A stretch of 64,000 bases of DNA from Nitrospirota bacterium (GCA_963818475.1 CAWFSF010000006.1:1056001-1120000), one strand, 5' to 3'; shown: positions 34,430 through 44,840, counted from the stretch's first letter. Made by a program: numbers and translations. The notes: generated from the sequence alone by a model not told the origin.

Positions 34430-35215
34430 TCACTGCACCGCAATTCTAACCAACCGAAGCATAAAAAAATATTTACGTTTAATAGCAACCTGTAATTTCA
34501 TTAGCAAAGGAAGTTGCCTTCTGTGTTTCTCAAGAGTGGCACGAAAACGCGGGCCGCATTGGCCGTTTTGGGTATCTCGTACAGTTTTAGTCCCTTCAAT
34601 CATTCGGTAATTGCCCCAAACTTCATCAAAATACTTGACATGTGCGGCCTGCACCGCCCTAGACAGAAAATCAATATCGAGCGTATAATGTTCATTAATA
34701 TCATAGGGGCCAATTTTATCATGTAGCGACTTGTGATAAAAGTATTGTGATGGATTGATTGGATAAGGGTTGATATTCCAACCCATCATCAGATCGGCTA
34801 TCTTTAACTTTGCAGGTTTGTTTACTTGAGCAATCTTCCCCTCATCATCCCATACATTGCAATTACCAACAAGTAAGGTCGGCTCCGGCAGCGTCTTCAT
34901 CAATTGTCCTATACGGTTCAACACCCTCTCTTCGCAATAATCATCAACATTGAGAAATCCCAGTATTTCTCCATGGGCCATTGCGATACCTTTATTCATC
35001 GCATCAGACTGCCCTTTGTCTTTATCCGAGACCCATCGTATATGCGAATATTCTTTAGCGTATTTTTCTAGTACCTCTACCGTACCGTCGGTAGAGCCGC
35101 CGTCTACGATGATGTGCTCGACATCAGGATAGTGCTGCTCGATTACGTTCTTTATGCAGAATTCCATAAAGCGTACGCCGTTGTAAACTGGAGTTATAAT
35201 ACTAATCATATGCAA
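34430..35215 (-). CDS. GT2 glycosyltransferase (WcaE/WfgS-like)
   Basis: ISIITPVYN, VDGGSTDGT, D.GQSDAMNKG, LNVDD. Confidence 0.92.
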   Translation of the reverse strand: MHMISIITPVYNGVRFMEFCIKNVIEQHYPDVEHIIVDGGSTDGTVEVLEKYAKEYSHIRWVSDKDKGQSDAMNKGIAMAHGEILGFLNVDDYCEERVLNRIGQLMKTLPEPTLLVGNCNVWDDEGKIAQVNKPAKLKIADLMMGWNINPYPINPSQYFYHKSLHDKIGPYDINEHYTLDIDFLSRAVQAAHVKYFDEVWGNYRMIEGTKTVRDTQNGQCGPRFRATLEKHRRQLPLLMKLQVAIKRKYFFMLRLVRIAVQ

Positions 35216-35272
35216 GCCTCATAACGGTACCAGATATGGCTCATCTCGTTATTTATTATCGCTTCTGACACT

Positions 35273-36124
35273 CTAATAATTAATTGGTATTCCATTTTTT
35301 ATTTCAGGTCGTTTTTGAGCAAAATAAACTTTTCTGTGATTTGTCGCAAGCGGCCTTTCAGATAATACGGGGGGGAATAATACATGTTTCCTAACGATAT
35401 CGTCTGGGAAATCATTTTCACTAACCGTCGTCACTGTAAATCCCTCCTTCTCAAGCACAGAGGAGAAACTGTTGCCATAAATTCGTAGGTGGTCATATTG
35501 TCCATACTTTTCTTCTCGTACCAAAGGATCGGTTATCGACTTGTCTTCATATGTCTCCTCTAATCCATCTTTTTGGGGCACAGTTATAATCGCGTAACCC
35601 CAAAATCGCAATACTCGATATATCTCATGTATTGCACTAAAATCGTCCATAACATGTTCTAAAACATCACAAGCAATGACAACATCGACGTTTTCAGACT
35701 TTACTTCCTGCATATTTGTTATGTTCAACTTCAAATCCATATCTCCCCTAAAAAGGTCAGCTGTTATATACACTCTTGCATGTTTCGATATTATAGATTG
35801 CACTGACTTTTCAGGAGCAAAATGAAGCACCACTTTTTCTTTAACAATTTTCTCAAGGGATAAGTTGTCAATACACTTCATTGCTGCTACTAATAATCTG
35901 TGTCTGACTTCTGAATTGCATTTTGGACATATCGTATGAGGATGCCAAGAGTCGCTCAAAAATGATTTTCCACTCCATCCACATAAATTACATTTTACTT
36001 TTTTGGGATATAAAAGGCATATTTTTTCAACTGATAAACGTAATTGTTGAAAGATTCTGTAATTAGAATTCAGAACAGCCGCAGTATAAATCAATATAAT
36101 ATCTTTACCTGGAAACCGTTTCAT
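35273..36124 (-). CDS. Class I SAM-dependent methyltransferase with N-terminal CxxC...CxxC
   Basis: CNLCG, CPKC.S..RHR, VLHFAPE, VLEHV.DD..A..E..RVL, YGQ.DH.R.YG. Confidence 0.82.
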   Translation of the reverse strand: MKRFPGKDIILIYTAAVLNSNYRIFQQLRLSVEKICLLYPKKVKCNLCGWSGKSFLSDSWHPHTICPKCNSEVRHRLLVAAMKCIDNLSLEKIVKEKVVLHFAPEKSVQSIISKHARVYITADLFRGDMDLKLNITNMQEVKSENVDVVIACDVLEHVMDDFSAIHEIYRVLRFWGYAIITVPQKDGLEETYEDKSITDPLVREEKYGQYDHLRIYGNSFSSVLEKEGFTVTTVSENDFPDDIVRKHVLFPPVLSERPLATNHRKVYFAQKRPEIKNGIPINY

Positions 36125-36151
36125 TATTTATTAGCTCATCATCGTAATGTT

Positions 36152-36958
36152 TTATAATTTACGGCTGCATATTTTGACAGCATCTTCATACAGAATTTTA
36201 GGAAATATTTGTAGTTTGCCTTCAACAGTAGCATCATAAATCTGACGGCCTGCTCTATGATAACTAAATTTTGCAAGCTGATAGGACAATTCAGACGCTT
36301 CTAAATCAGGCACATGCCATTGTTTGTTACTGAAATAGCAGGGATCAAAATGATTTTGATCCTCACCCGACATTAATTGCATTTCATTTGGCTTACCTTT
36401 CGCACTAAAATTGTGGTCAACGCCAATGAGATAAACTTTCGTAAAACCCATATAAAAAGCAATTTGCATGGCCACATATGTTACGGTGTAGCCTTCGAAA
36501 AGAGGTTGAGTTAAGTCCGGACAAAAGGAATACGGAATAGGGCAAATTGTATTTGTAGCAATAGGGTAGATGTGTTCAAAGTATCGGGTCAATTCATGTG
36601 CTGCACCATAAGAAAGGAAAGATGGACACTTCAAAGCTTCAAATTCCCTGATGCTTTGTTCAATGACAAGAGGGTTGACCGCAACATGATAACTGAGGTT
36701 CAAGTCGATCTTGTCAAACATGAGGTAGATCTTATTAAGCCCGAAGGTGTGATAATCTTTGAGCGGTCTCAGGTCAAGTTTATTCAAAGAGGGCCCATTA
36801 CCAATAATGAAACAGTCCTTCCCTTTATGTATATCTTTAAAGTGAACAAGACGTTTTGAATGTTTGTAATACCATTCGCGATATATGGCATTAAAGTGCG
36901 CGCGCCTGTAAACCCTGTCTATCAGTGAGAGCAGAATATGTTTTGTCAATTGATTCAC
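36152..36958 (-). CDS. DUF115 (Maf/MptE-like) protein, probable CMP-sugar-dependent transferase
   Basis: CFIIGNGPSL, FGLNKIY, TVTY.AMQ.A.YMGF..VYLIGVDH, NHFDP.YF. Confidence 0.78.
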   Translation of the reverse strand: MNQLTKHILLSLIDRVYRRAHFNAIYREWYYKHSKRLVHFKDIHKGKDCFIIGNGPSLNKLDLRPLKDYHTFGLNKIYLMFDKIDLNLSYHVAVNPLVIEQSIREFEALKCPSFLSYGAAHELTRYFEHIYPIATNTICPIPYSFCPDLTQPLFEGYTVTYVAMQIAFYMGFTKVYLIGVDHNFSAKGKPNEMQLMSGEDQNHFDPCYFSNKQWHVPDLEASELSYQLAKFSYHRAGRQIYDATVEGKLQIFPKILYEDAVKICSRKL

Positions 36959-36978
36959 TTTTCGTTCTCCAAAACCGA

Positions 36979-37725
36979 TTATTCCGAGCTAAGTTTCGCA
37001 GTTACTCCTCCGTCAACCACGAGAGTCTGCCCCGTTATGAAGGAGGATCGGTCATTATCAGCCAGAAAAAGTATTGCTTGTGCAATCTCGTCAGGTTTAC
37101 CGATTCGTCTCAATGGTGTGCGAAGTGCCAATAAATTCAATTTCTCGGTTAATCCCTCTCCTTGGAGATGGCCGCGATCAAGACCCTCGCGCAGCATGCG
37201 GGTATCTACCGCACCTGGGAGTACCGAGTTTACTCGAATATTGTCGGCAGCAAGTTCTAAAGACATTGCCCTTGTTAAGGCCACTAAGGCTCCCTTGCTT
37301 GCAGCATAAACGGCGATATTTGAGGATGTCGCGACTGCATGTACTGAGCTCACGTTGACAATCGCCCCGGCCTGGCGCATCAAAGAATAGAGAGCGCGAA
37401 CGGCCAAATAAACTGACCGCAAATTGACGGCCATTATCCGGTCCCATTCTTCAAACGTAGTCTCAATTAATGGTTTACAAATTTGGATCGCCGCATTATT
37501 TATTAAGGCATCAACGCGTATTTCTTTTGCTTGCATTTCTTCCAAAATATGTTCCCAGATCTCGGGCATTGAAATATCTCCGCGGATAAAATGATCAACA
37601 TGGGATACGGAGTCTAAGGTGATAGAATCAATGCCTATTACATGCCAGCCTGACTCGGAAAATATCTGTGCCGTTGCTTTGCCTATTCCTCCTGCAACCC
37701 CGGTAATGACCACTATTTTATTCAT
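36979..37725 (-). CDS. SDR family NAD(P)-dependent oxidoreductase
   Basis: TGVAGGIG, INNAA, YAASKGA, PG.VDT.M, ITG..L.VDGG; own ATG at 37725 overlapping the upstream TGA. Confidence 0.88.
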   Translation of the reverse strand: MNKIVVITGVAGGIGKATAQIFSESGWHVIGIDSITLDSVSHVDHFIRGDISMPEIWEHILEEMQAKEIRVDALINNAAIQICKPLIETTFEEWDRIMAVNLRSVYLAVRALYSLMRQAGAIVNVSSVHAVATSSNIAVYAASKGALVALTRAMSLELAADNIRVNSVLPGAVDTRMLREGLDRGHLQGEGLTEKLNLLALRTPLRRIGKPDEIAQAILFLADNDRSSFITGQTLVVDGGVTAKLSSE

Positions 37726-38667
37726 ACGTCGGATATCCCAAGTCCTTTCAAAAGATTTTGAATGGCCAGCTGGTTTACCCGCATGACTGCCTCGAAGAGT
37801 ATTTGAAGAATTATGCGTGCCGAATATACAGTTGTCGAATTTCCGCAACGGGCTATCTGTCGGTAAAGGCTCTTTTTCGAATACATCCAGTGCAGCCCCG
37901 ACAACCTTGCCCGATCTCAAGGCGTTCAAAAGTGCAGCTTCGTCAATAAGCGCTCCACGGCTTGTGTTCACTATTAATATGCCGCTTTTCATTAATTCGA
38001 ATTCGTGCATGCCCAGCAAATGATGGTTCTCTTTAGTAAGATTGCAGTTCAATGAGATATAATCCGATGTGCGTAACAGCTCATCCAATTGGATGGAACG
38101 CAATCCTGTTTTAGCTATAAAATCCGCGGGTATCTCTCTTGTATCATAGCCCGTGACCTCCATTCCTGAGGCTTTGGCGCGGGACACAACTGCTTTTCCT
38201 ATACTCCCCATTCCTATAATGCCCAAACGTCGTCCTTTCAAAGATCTCCCTTGAATCTGCACCCAACCGCCACTCCGAACCGAGACATCTAATTTCTGAA
38301 GCTGACGCGACAGGAGGATGATATAACCCATTACTACATCTGCCACCTCATCGGCAAACACGTCCGGAGTATTAAAGATTTTAATGCCTAATTTCGCTGC
38401 AGCATCAACGTCAATCGCATCTAAACCAATTCCCCATTTTGCGATCACTTTAAGGCGAACGCCTTTTTCCAGGACTCTCGATGTGAAATGGTCGTCACCA
38501 GCAATCACCCCGTCAAAACGGTCGATCAGTTTTAGTAATTCAGGTTCGGTCAACTGTTGAATCATCTTTGGCGATTCAACTTCAATTCCTTGTTTTGCAA
38601 GCAGATCGGCATACTGGTCTATAGTTTTCTGCAAATGTGGACAGCTGATAAGCACTCGAAAACCCAT
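37722..38667 (-). CDS. D-2-hydroxyacid (phosphoglycerate-dehydrogenase-like) dehydrogenase; apparent frameshift near 37792
   Basis: KWGIGLDAID, GMGSIG, NTSRG, ALDVFE.EP, H; natural C-terminus EAVMRVNQLAIQNLLKGL is in ORF 37722-37904. Confidence 0.88.
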
Positions 38668-38735
38668 TCTATCTCCTTAATTCTCAACCTCATACTTCTT
38701 CGATCTTTTACCTCATAGAAATGCACTTTTCTCTA

Positions 38736-39365
38736 TTAGCCATCGGTCATCAATATTACTCTGGCCGGCGCCCCTTCTGTTTCGATTATATTCAAGGGCA
38801 GCGCGACAAGGTCATATATGCCTTTTTCCACGTTACCGAGGCATAACCCTTCAAGTATCAGCACATTATTTTGGAGTAATATTTTGTGTGTACGGTTTTC
38901 CTCATCGCCAAAATTCTGAATACTCAAATAATCAATACCAACAAGTTCAATTCCCTTCCGTGCAATCCATTCCGCGCCATCCGCGCTCAAGGCGATAAAG
39001 TCTTTTCTAAACTCTGTTCCCCGAAATAAGGAATTACGCGTTTTAAACAATATCTTATTGCACCCGTCCTGAAGCGTAATCGAATCAAGAAAATCAGCGC
39101 TTATACTTCGCTCACCCATATATTCAACTACCAGCGCTTTGCCGACAAGAGTCATCAAGGGGATTTCACCAGCTCTCGTTCCCGATTCCAAATAATGATA
39201 CGGCACATCCAGGTGTGTACCTGTATGGGTATTAAAAGAGAGGCTGCTTTCGTTCACCCCGTTGTCTTTAATAGTTTTCACCCAGGTAACCCGAAACTTA
39301 TCACTTGTAGGCCAAACAGGGGTGTCCCTCGTCAGCGGCATCGAAATGTCGATTATTTTTTTCAT
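38736..39365 (-). CDS. Cyclase family (kynurenine-formamidase-like) metal-dependent protein
   Basis: HTGTHLD.P.H, VGIDYLS, H..LL.....ILEGL, EGAPAR. Confidence 0.88.
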   Translation of the reverse strand: MKKIIDISMPLTRDTPVWPTSDKFRVTWVKTIKDNGVNESSLSFNTHTGTHLDVPYHYLESGTRAGEIPLMTLVGKALVVEYMGERSISADFLDSITLQDGCNKILFKTRNSLFRGTEFRKDFIALSADGAEWIARKGIELVGIDYLSIQNFGDEENRTHKILLQNNVLILEGLCLGNVEKGIYDLVALPLNIIETEGAPARVILMTDG

Positions 39366-39369
39366 GACG

Positions 39370-40317
39370 TTATTTTATTATTGCGCGACTCTTTTTGTTA
39401 TTAAAGAGAGCCGGCTTCTCAGGATAATAAAATTTGTATCTTAGATCTCCTTGCAGCGGCTTCTTGAAATCATACCCCCGGAAAGTGCCCCAGAACTGAT
39501 AAAACCTCATCGCAGGTATTGCGATCAAATTCTTCAAGAAGACGCCGTCTTGTGCAGCATGAACGTAGTCGCTCAGCGTATTCAAAGTGAAGAGTTTTAT
39601 GAAATCAATAAAAGTGAAAGTTTCATGGGGATAAATAGTTTTCATCGCAAAGGCTTCTCTTTTATACCTTCGGAAAATTTGCGAATAGCATTCGTTATGC
39701 ACATGAATTACGGCGGCATCAGGCACGTAGTATATTGAATATCCATGCGAGATAGCATCCTTGGCCCAGTCAATGTCTTCAAGACCGGTAATGCTCTCAT
39801 TGTATCCATGGTCCCGCCAGACGTCCTTTCTGATTGCAGCATTTGCATTGTTGCAGAAAGAAGATTTTTGCGGACCGCCGCCATCATTTGGAAACCATTT
39901 TGCAAAAATACGGTGCTCCGAGTATTTGGTAGTTTCATTCCCCCGTTGTTTTCCGTAGACAAGCGCCACGTTTTTATCCGAAAAGGGAAAAATTATATTC
40001 GTGAGCCAGTTTTCGTTCTCAGGGTAGCAATGTCCGCTGATGAAGACGCAGTATTGTCCCTGTGCGGCCTCTATCCCTCTGTTTATAGAGGCGCCGAACG
40101 AGAATTGTTCCCGAGTGATATGAATAATCCTCGCCCCGAAGCGCAATGCCAATCTTACCGTATTGTCGGTAGAACCGGAATCAACCACAATAATCTCGAA
40201 AGTAAAAGGGGTCTTCTGGCAGGCAATTCCATGCAACAATCTTTCGATATGCTGTTCCTCGTTATAGACCCTGATAATTATGGAAATCGTGATATTCGTT
40301 TGCATGACCGTGTTCAC
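39370..40317 (-). CDS. GT2 glycosyltransferase (rhamnosyltransferase-like)
   Basis: SIIIRVYNEE, VDSGSTD, FSFG...N.G, NANAA, GLED..WA. Confidence 0.88.
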   Translation of the reverse strand: MNTVMQTNITISIIIRVYNEEQHIERLLHGIACQKTPFTFEIIVVDSGSTDNTVRLALRFGARIIHITREQFSFGASINRGIEAAQGQYCVFISGHCYPENENWLTNIIFPFSDKNVALVYGKQRGNETTKYSEHRIFAKWFPNDGGGPQKSSFCNNANAAIRKDVWRDHGYNESITGLEDIDWAKDAISHGYSIYYVPDAAVIHVHNECYSQIFRRYKREAFAMKTIYPHETFTFIDFIKLFTLNTLSDYVHAAQDGVFLKNLIAIPAMRFYQFWGTFRGYDFKKPLQGDLRYKFYYPEKPALFNNKKSRAIIK

Positions 40318-41000
40318 ACCTTAGCGTCCGATATTCCCACGAGTTTATAGACGCTTTCCGCGATCCTGAAATCCAGTTCCTCGTCGATGTCCACCGCCTC
40401 TTCGCGGGGGATATCGAACATCAAAGGTTTTTCACCTATCCGCCGCTTCTTCAAAGCAAAGCTACCGCGGCTGAAGACGTACAGACAGGAATTTTCCTCG
40501 TACACCGGGGGAAGGTCCTGGGTTCTTAAAAGTTCGTTGGGGTTGTGGTTTATAGGGATACCCGCTTTGTCATAGAGCCTCGTTTGCAAACGGGTGACTG
40601 AAAAAAGGGAATCGTATCCTTCCGGGAGCGCGTCGAAATATCTTTCGATAGCACGGTCAATGCTACTCGTCGTTAAGAGAGGGTTCGTACTATGGGTCTG
40701 AAGAAAATGGTCTCCCTCAATCCTCCTCAGATCATCCCCAATGATTTCATTCATGGAAACAAAGTCACCCCTGATGCGATCGGGCCGCTCATGGATTATT
40801 ATGGCGTCTTTGAAAAAACGCAGAGCGTCCTCTCTGATCCTATCGCTGTCCGTGTTGATCACTACTTTGGACACGTATCGTGAATGAAGCAAACTCCGCA
40901 TCACGGCGTGATAAAGCGGGTGGCCGCCGAAATTACGCATGTTTTTATTCGGGACCCTTTCGGAATGCCCCTTCATGGGAAGGAGGGCGGTGATCTTCAT
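40314..41000 (-). CDS. Acylneuraminate cytidylyltransferase (NeuA/KdsB) family protein
   Basis: LPMKGHSERVPNKN, QTHSTNPLL, RTQDL...YEENS..Y, DIDEE.DF. Confidence 0.88.
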   Translation of the reverse strand: MKITALLPMKGHSERVPNKNMRNFGGHPLYHAVMRSLLHSRYVSKVVINTDSDRIREDALRFFKDAIIIHERPDRIRGDFVSMNEIIGDDLRRIEGDHFLQTHSTNPLLTTSSIDRAIERYFDALPEGYDSLFSVTRLQTRLYDKAGIPINHNPNELLRTQDLPPVYEENSCLYVFSRGSFALKKRRIGEKPLMFDIPREEAVDIDEELDFRIAESVYKLVGISDAKV

Positions 41001-41079
41001 CGGTATTACCTTTCTTTCCCCCTGGAAAGTCAGTTTCAACGTGCGTTCTGACGGCCCTATTCTCAGCGGATGGACCTCA

Positions 41080-42096
41080 TTATTTCTTTACCTTAACCAC
41101 ACCGACGGGCTGATATTGTGGGTCCCATTTGCCCCACGGCATTCCGTTGGCGCCGGATTTGTAATAGACAGGCGATAGCCTTTTGTGCAGTTCATTTCCT
41201 TCTTTTTTCAGAGCATCTAAATATACGTCCTTTTGCGAGAAATTGCTCGTTATCCCTTCAGGCAGATGGAAGAGTTTTTTTATGGTCGCTTCGCTATAGC
41301 ACCATCCATTTGAAGGTTCATGAAACCAGTCATCCGAATTGGATGCGCTGACTGTCACGGCGATTCTTCCTGTTTGTTTTGTTACTCTCAGGATCTCATC
41401 GATGCAATTTTCAAAATCCGCGTGCTCGTTATGCTCAAGCGCGGATACAGACACAACACCATCAACAAATCCATCGGGAAGCAGTGGCATATCTTTAAGG
41501 TCGCAGGTGTAAAAAAAAATTCTTCCACAGCTGTCGGTTGCTTCGCCTTCCAGTAAAGGGCAGGGGGGGGCTTTCGGAATAAACCTATTTTTCTCTATCA
41601 GGGCAACAGGGGCACGGCTTCCCTCATTACTTCTCAATAACGTCTTCAGCCGTGATACTGTGCCGCCTACATATGCGGCGTTCAGATGTCTTGTATAACG
41701 ATTGACAAACGTCTTTTTTCGACTGTTCAGATAATGAGTAACCCGGCCGTAGCGTTTCTTTGTCTCAGCAGGAATGCCGCGGTCCACGAAATCAGCACTT
41801 ATGACGTTATATCCCAGTTCCGAAAGTATGAACTGCAAAAGCCCGCTTCCTGCACCTGCATCAAGGATAAGACTCCCTCTTGGCAGAGTGTTCCTCACAT
41901 CTCTGATAATCCATGCAAGGTCGAGGTAATAGTGCCATCCCAGATCGGTGTTTAAAAAATGTTTTTGGATTTGTTCGATGATTCCGATCTCCTCCTTATG
42001 GGTATCAAACAAGTCCAGGCTCAGAATTTCGATCTTTTCTAATGCGTCCTGACTCATAGTAGGGCTCTTATGGAGTTTCTCAATAACGTGCGCCAT
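41080..42096 (-). CDS. Class I SAM-dependent methyltransferase with a large internal insertion
   Basis: ILDAGAGSG, D...MP, SVSALEH, EI.RV.K..G. Confidence 0.75.
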   Translation of the reverse strand: MAHVIEKLHKSPTMSQDALEKIEILSLDLFDTHKEEIGIIEQIQKHFLNTDLGWHYYLDLAWIIRDVRNTLPRGSLILDAGAGSGLLQFILSELGYNVISADFVDRGIPAETKKRYGRVTHYLNSRKKTFVNRYTRHLNAAYVGGTVSRLKTLLRSNEGSRAPVALIEKNRFIPKAPPCPLLEGEATDSCGRIFFYTCDLKDMPLLPDGFVDGVVSVSALEHNEHADFENCIDEILRVTKQTGRIAVTVSASNSDDWFHEPSNGWCYSEATIKKLFHLPEGITSNFSQKDVYLDALKKEGNELHKRLSPVYYKSGANGMPWGKWDPQYQPVGVVKVKK

Positions 42097-42121
42097 AATT
42101 TCAAAAATGGAGAAAATGGAA

Positions 42122-42991
42122 TCAAAAGAATCTCCTTATAAGAAAACGCATCCTCATGAGCTGTCGTTCCGACCACTGGCCGAGAATTCTGCGGGCCGTT
42201 ATATATTTTCTGAAAAAGTATCTTTGAATCTCCGGCCCGTCAGGAGGTTTCCTGAACACAGCCGATATCGAAGCACACGTAAAATTCTTCTCACCGCTAT
42301 ATTTTGAATTGAGTCGGGCCAGGGTATCCCTTTCGGCGGCATCATGCGCGAAGCTCATTTTCTCTATAATTAACAGGCACGTACGGAATGCCTTTATGTA
42401 TTCCTCAAAATGACACCTGTTTATGCTCTCCCCGAAATAAATCCATTGTATGATGGGCTCAATTAGCTCTTCTGTGCACGGACCCGAAGTAAGGAACTCC
42501 CGCATTTCATCATGCGTCATTAAAAGGTGGCCGTAATCTGGTATCGGGTTTTTCCCGGGTTTCCAGAAGCGGGCTTCTTTTGGGCCGGCCACAGCGTATA
42601 CATGGTGACCTTTCGCGCTCGACCAAATCGGGGAGAATTCCGTATAGAAAACCCCTTTAGGCTTAAGCACACGGGCGACCTCGGACAGAAATATATCAAG
42701 CCCGTTGACGTGCTCCATTGTCGCAACCGAAAGCACAGCGTCAAAGGAGTTGTCTGAAAAAGGAAGCGTTCGTCCGTCAGCCCTCAGAAATTTCGCGTTG
42801 TTGAGCGCAGGGCCTATCGGCGCCGGAAACTCCACTGAAGGGTTGATCCCCACAACACGCGCCTTCGTCCTTTGAGCAATGGCCGTCGCAACCTCGCAGC
42901 CGATGTCGCTTCCTATCTCAAGGATATCCCTTGCGTCCGGGCGAAGCATCTTCAAGAATGTGTCAACTACTTGTTTCTGGTAGGGGAGCAT
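42122..42991 (-). CDS. Class I SAM-dependent methyltransferase
   Basis: ILEIGS..G, DGR.LPF.DNSFD, MEHV, E..RVLKP.G. Confidence 0.85.
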   Translation of the reverse strand: MLPYQKQVVDTFLKMLRPDARDILEIGSDIGCEVATAIAQRTKARVVGINPSVEFPAPIGPALNNAKFLRADGRTLPFSDNSFDAVLSVATMEHVNGLDIFLSEVARVLKPKGVFYTEFSPIWSSAKGHHVYAVAGPKEARFWKPGKNPIPDYGHLLMTHDEMREFLTSGPCTEELIEPIIQWIYFGESINRCHFEEYIKAFRTCLLIIEKMSFAHDAAERDTLARLNSKYSGEKNFTCASISAVFRKPPDGPEIQRYFFRKYITARRILGQWSERQLMRMRFLIRRFF

Positions 42992-42993
42992 CG

Positions 42994-44019
42994 TTAAAAC
43001 CCCTGATTAATCGCACGTTCGGTCTCAAGGCTGTCCATGCAGATGCCGCAGACCGGGTTGCTGAAGCTGTGGTTATCAAACTCCTTTTTGAGATCAGCCA
43101 TCGAACTGCCGTTCATAATGCTCTTGAAGCTGTCGGTAAGAAAGTTTCCTATCTTTGCATAGAGATGTATTCTCGGACAGACGGAAACATCTCCGTTGCT
43201 GGATATATACAACTGGCTCCATGGAGCGCGGCATTGCTTGGGCTTAACCGTATCCTCATACTTCGGGATTGAGAAGCTCATCCCGTAACCAGCGGCCCTT
43301 TTTTCCGCGCCATCCAGTATGTTGTTCACACGTTCATGGTCCCTGACCTTTTCGTCATCCATATCAAGACCCTCGTTCAATATCAGGTGGCGGCCTACTA
43401 TTCTTTCGATCCCTATACTGTGGGCCAGATCAACAAAATCGACAAGCTCATCTATGTTTGAATTCACTACGGTAAGGTTGGAGCATATTCTGGGTAGCCG
43501 GCTTTTTTTCGCACGCTTCAGGCGGTCAAGCTTCTTTATGTTCGCAAGCACCCGCTCAAATTTGCCACGCCTGCGAAGCCGCTCATAGGTCTCTTTCTTT
43601 GCCTCCCCGATGCTTACAACAAAGTCATTAACACGGGAAGTGATCAGAGCTTCAACGATATCGTCCGTAAGAATGTTGCCATTCGTATATATAGTGGTCG
43701 ATGGGATACTATATCTCCCTATCGTCCTGATGATCTCTGGCGCATTCTTCGCTATAGAGTACTCCCACGCGCACGAAAGCTGAATTGCGCTGATGTGCTT
43801 ATGTGACTTGTCAAGGATCCGCTCCAGATCTTCGGTTCTCATCTGCACGATTTTATCGTTGTTCCGGGTGCAGAACGTGCATCTGAGATTGCAACCATTC
43901 GTGATGTCGATGAAGAAGGAATAGTTTTTTTTATTTAAAATGCTGTCTATCGATACTGCAAGACTGGTCGCCCTGTTCGCGATCTTTTCAGCGATTATCT
44001 GTTTGATATGTTTTATCAT
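42994..44019 (-). CDS. Radical SAM protein with SPASM/twitch domain
   Basis: CNLRCTFC; C-terminal C.APW....I..NGDV.VC ... C..C. Confidence 0.92.
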   Translation of the reverse strand: MIKHIKQIIAEKIANRATSLAVSIDSILNKKNYSFFIDITNGCNLRCTFCTRNNDKIVQMRTEDLERILDKSHKHISAIQLSCAWEYSIAKNAPEIIRTIGRYSIPSTTIYTNGNILTDDIVEALITSRVNDFVVSIGEAKKETYERLRRRGKFERVLANIKKLDRLKRAKKSRLPRICSNLTVVNSNIDELVDFVDLAHSIGIERIVGRHLILNEGLDMDDEKVRDHERVNNILDGAEKRAAGYGMSFSIPKYEDTVKPKQCRAPWSQLYISSNGDVSVCPRIHLYAKIGNFLTDSFKSIMNGSSMADLKKEFDNHSFSNPVCGICMDSLETERAINQGF

Positions 44020-44046
44020 GTCCCATAAACCATGGCATATAAGTCT

Positions 44047-44811
44047 TTATGTCTTTGACCGGTAAATACAATGTAATTCATTAAGCCTATCGTTTTTCTG
44101 CTCTTCCACGTAGCCAGCCTTAACAAGGATTTCATTTATTTCTTCTGTAGAAGAATTAAAGTCGTCAAGGAACGAGGGGTGTATCTCCAGAAATATGGTT
44201 CTTGGTTTCTTTTTTGAGTTAAGTAATCCTTCCATCCCTTTTAATGCAAGAATCTCGGCGCCCTCGATATCCATCTTTACCACATCTGGAAAAGGAATTT
44301 CCGCCCTCATGAGAGCATTGTCAAGCGTGTCTGACTTTATGATGACAGAGCCACGACCCCCTTTTTGTCTCAGGCTCGCTGAAATGCCATCAACACCGTC
44401 TGTATAGAGTACAATATCACCTTGGGAGTCCGATACCGCCCAACTAATTATTTTTATTTTATTTTCGAGACTATTCAGCTGGATATTTGTCTCAAACCTC
44501 TTCCGGTAATAGGGGTCGGGCTCGAAAGAAATTACTCGAACCCCCTTTTTGGCAGCATGCAGGCTGACAAAACCTACGCAGGTACCAATGTCGTACAGCA
44601 CATCTGACGGCTGAATTTCTTTAATAATGAGCCGGGTAAATTCTTCCTCGCCGCCGAATTCTTCTATCCTGAACGATTCAACCGTAGTCGAGATCTCAAA
44701 TTTTACACCCTCAGGCATGAGGTTCCGAAAATTCACTACTCTTGGCAGCCTAGCATTTTTGTTAAAGAGACTGTTCGCAATTCTATTTATAAAATTCACT
44801 CTGTTATGCAT
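44047..44811 (-). CDS. FkbM family methyltransferase (XapI position)
   Basis: YDIG..VG, SFEP.P, TLD, VKMDIEGAE..AL.G. Confidence 0.9.
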   Translation of the reverse strand: MHNRVNFINRIANSLFNKNARLPRVVNFRNLMPEGVKFEISTTVESFRIEEFGGEEEFTRLIIKEIQPSDVLYDIGTCVGFVSLHAAKKGVRVISFEPDPYYRKRFETNIQLNSLENKIKIISWAVSDSQGDIVLYTDGVDGISASLRQKGGRGSVIIKSDTLDNALMRAEIPFPDVVKMDIEGAEILALKGMEGLLNSKKKPRTIFLEIHPSFLDDFNSSTEEINEILVKAGYVEEQKNDRLNELHCIYRSKT

Positions 44812-44840
44812 TCTTAACTCCTAATTTTATTTCTCCGATA

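Noticed and set aside
36979-38667. Apparent 562-aa dehydrogenase-SDR fusion in the ORF track
   Set aside because: The natural dehydrogenase C-terminus is in another frame and ends in a TGA overlapping the SDR ATG (ATGA at 37722-37725). One indel near 37792 explains the fusion.
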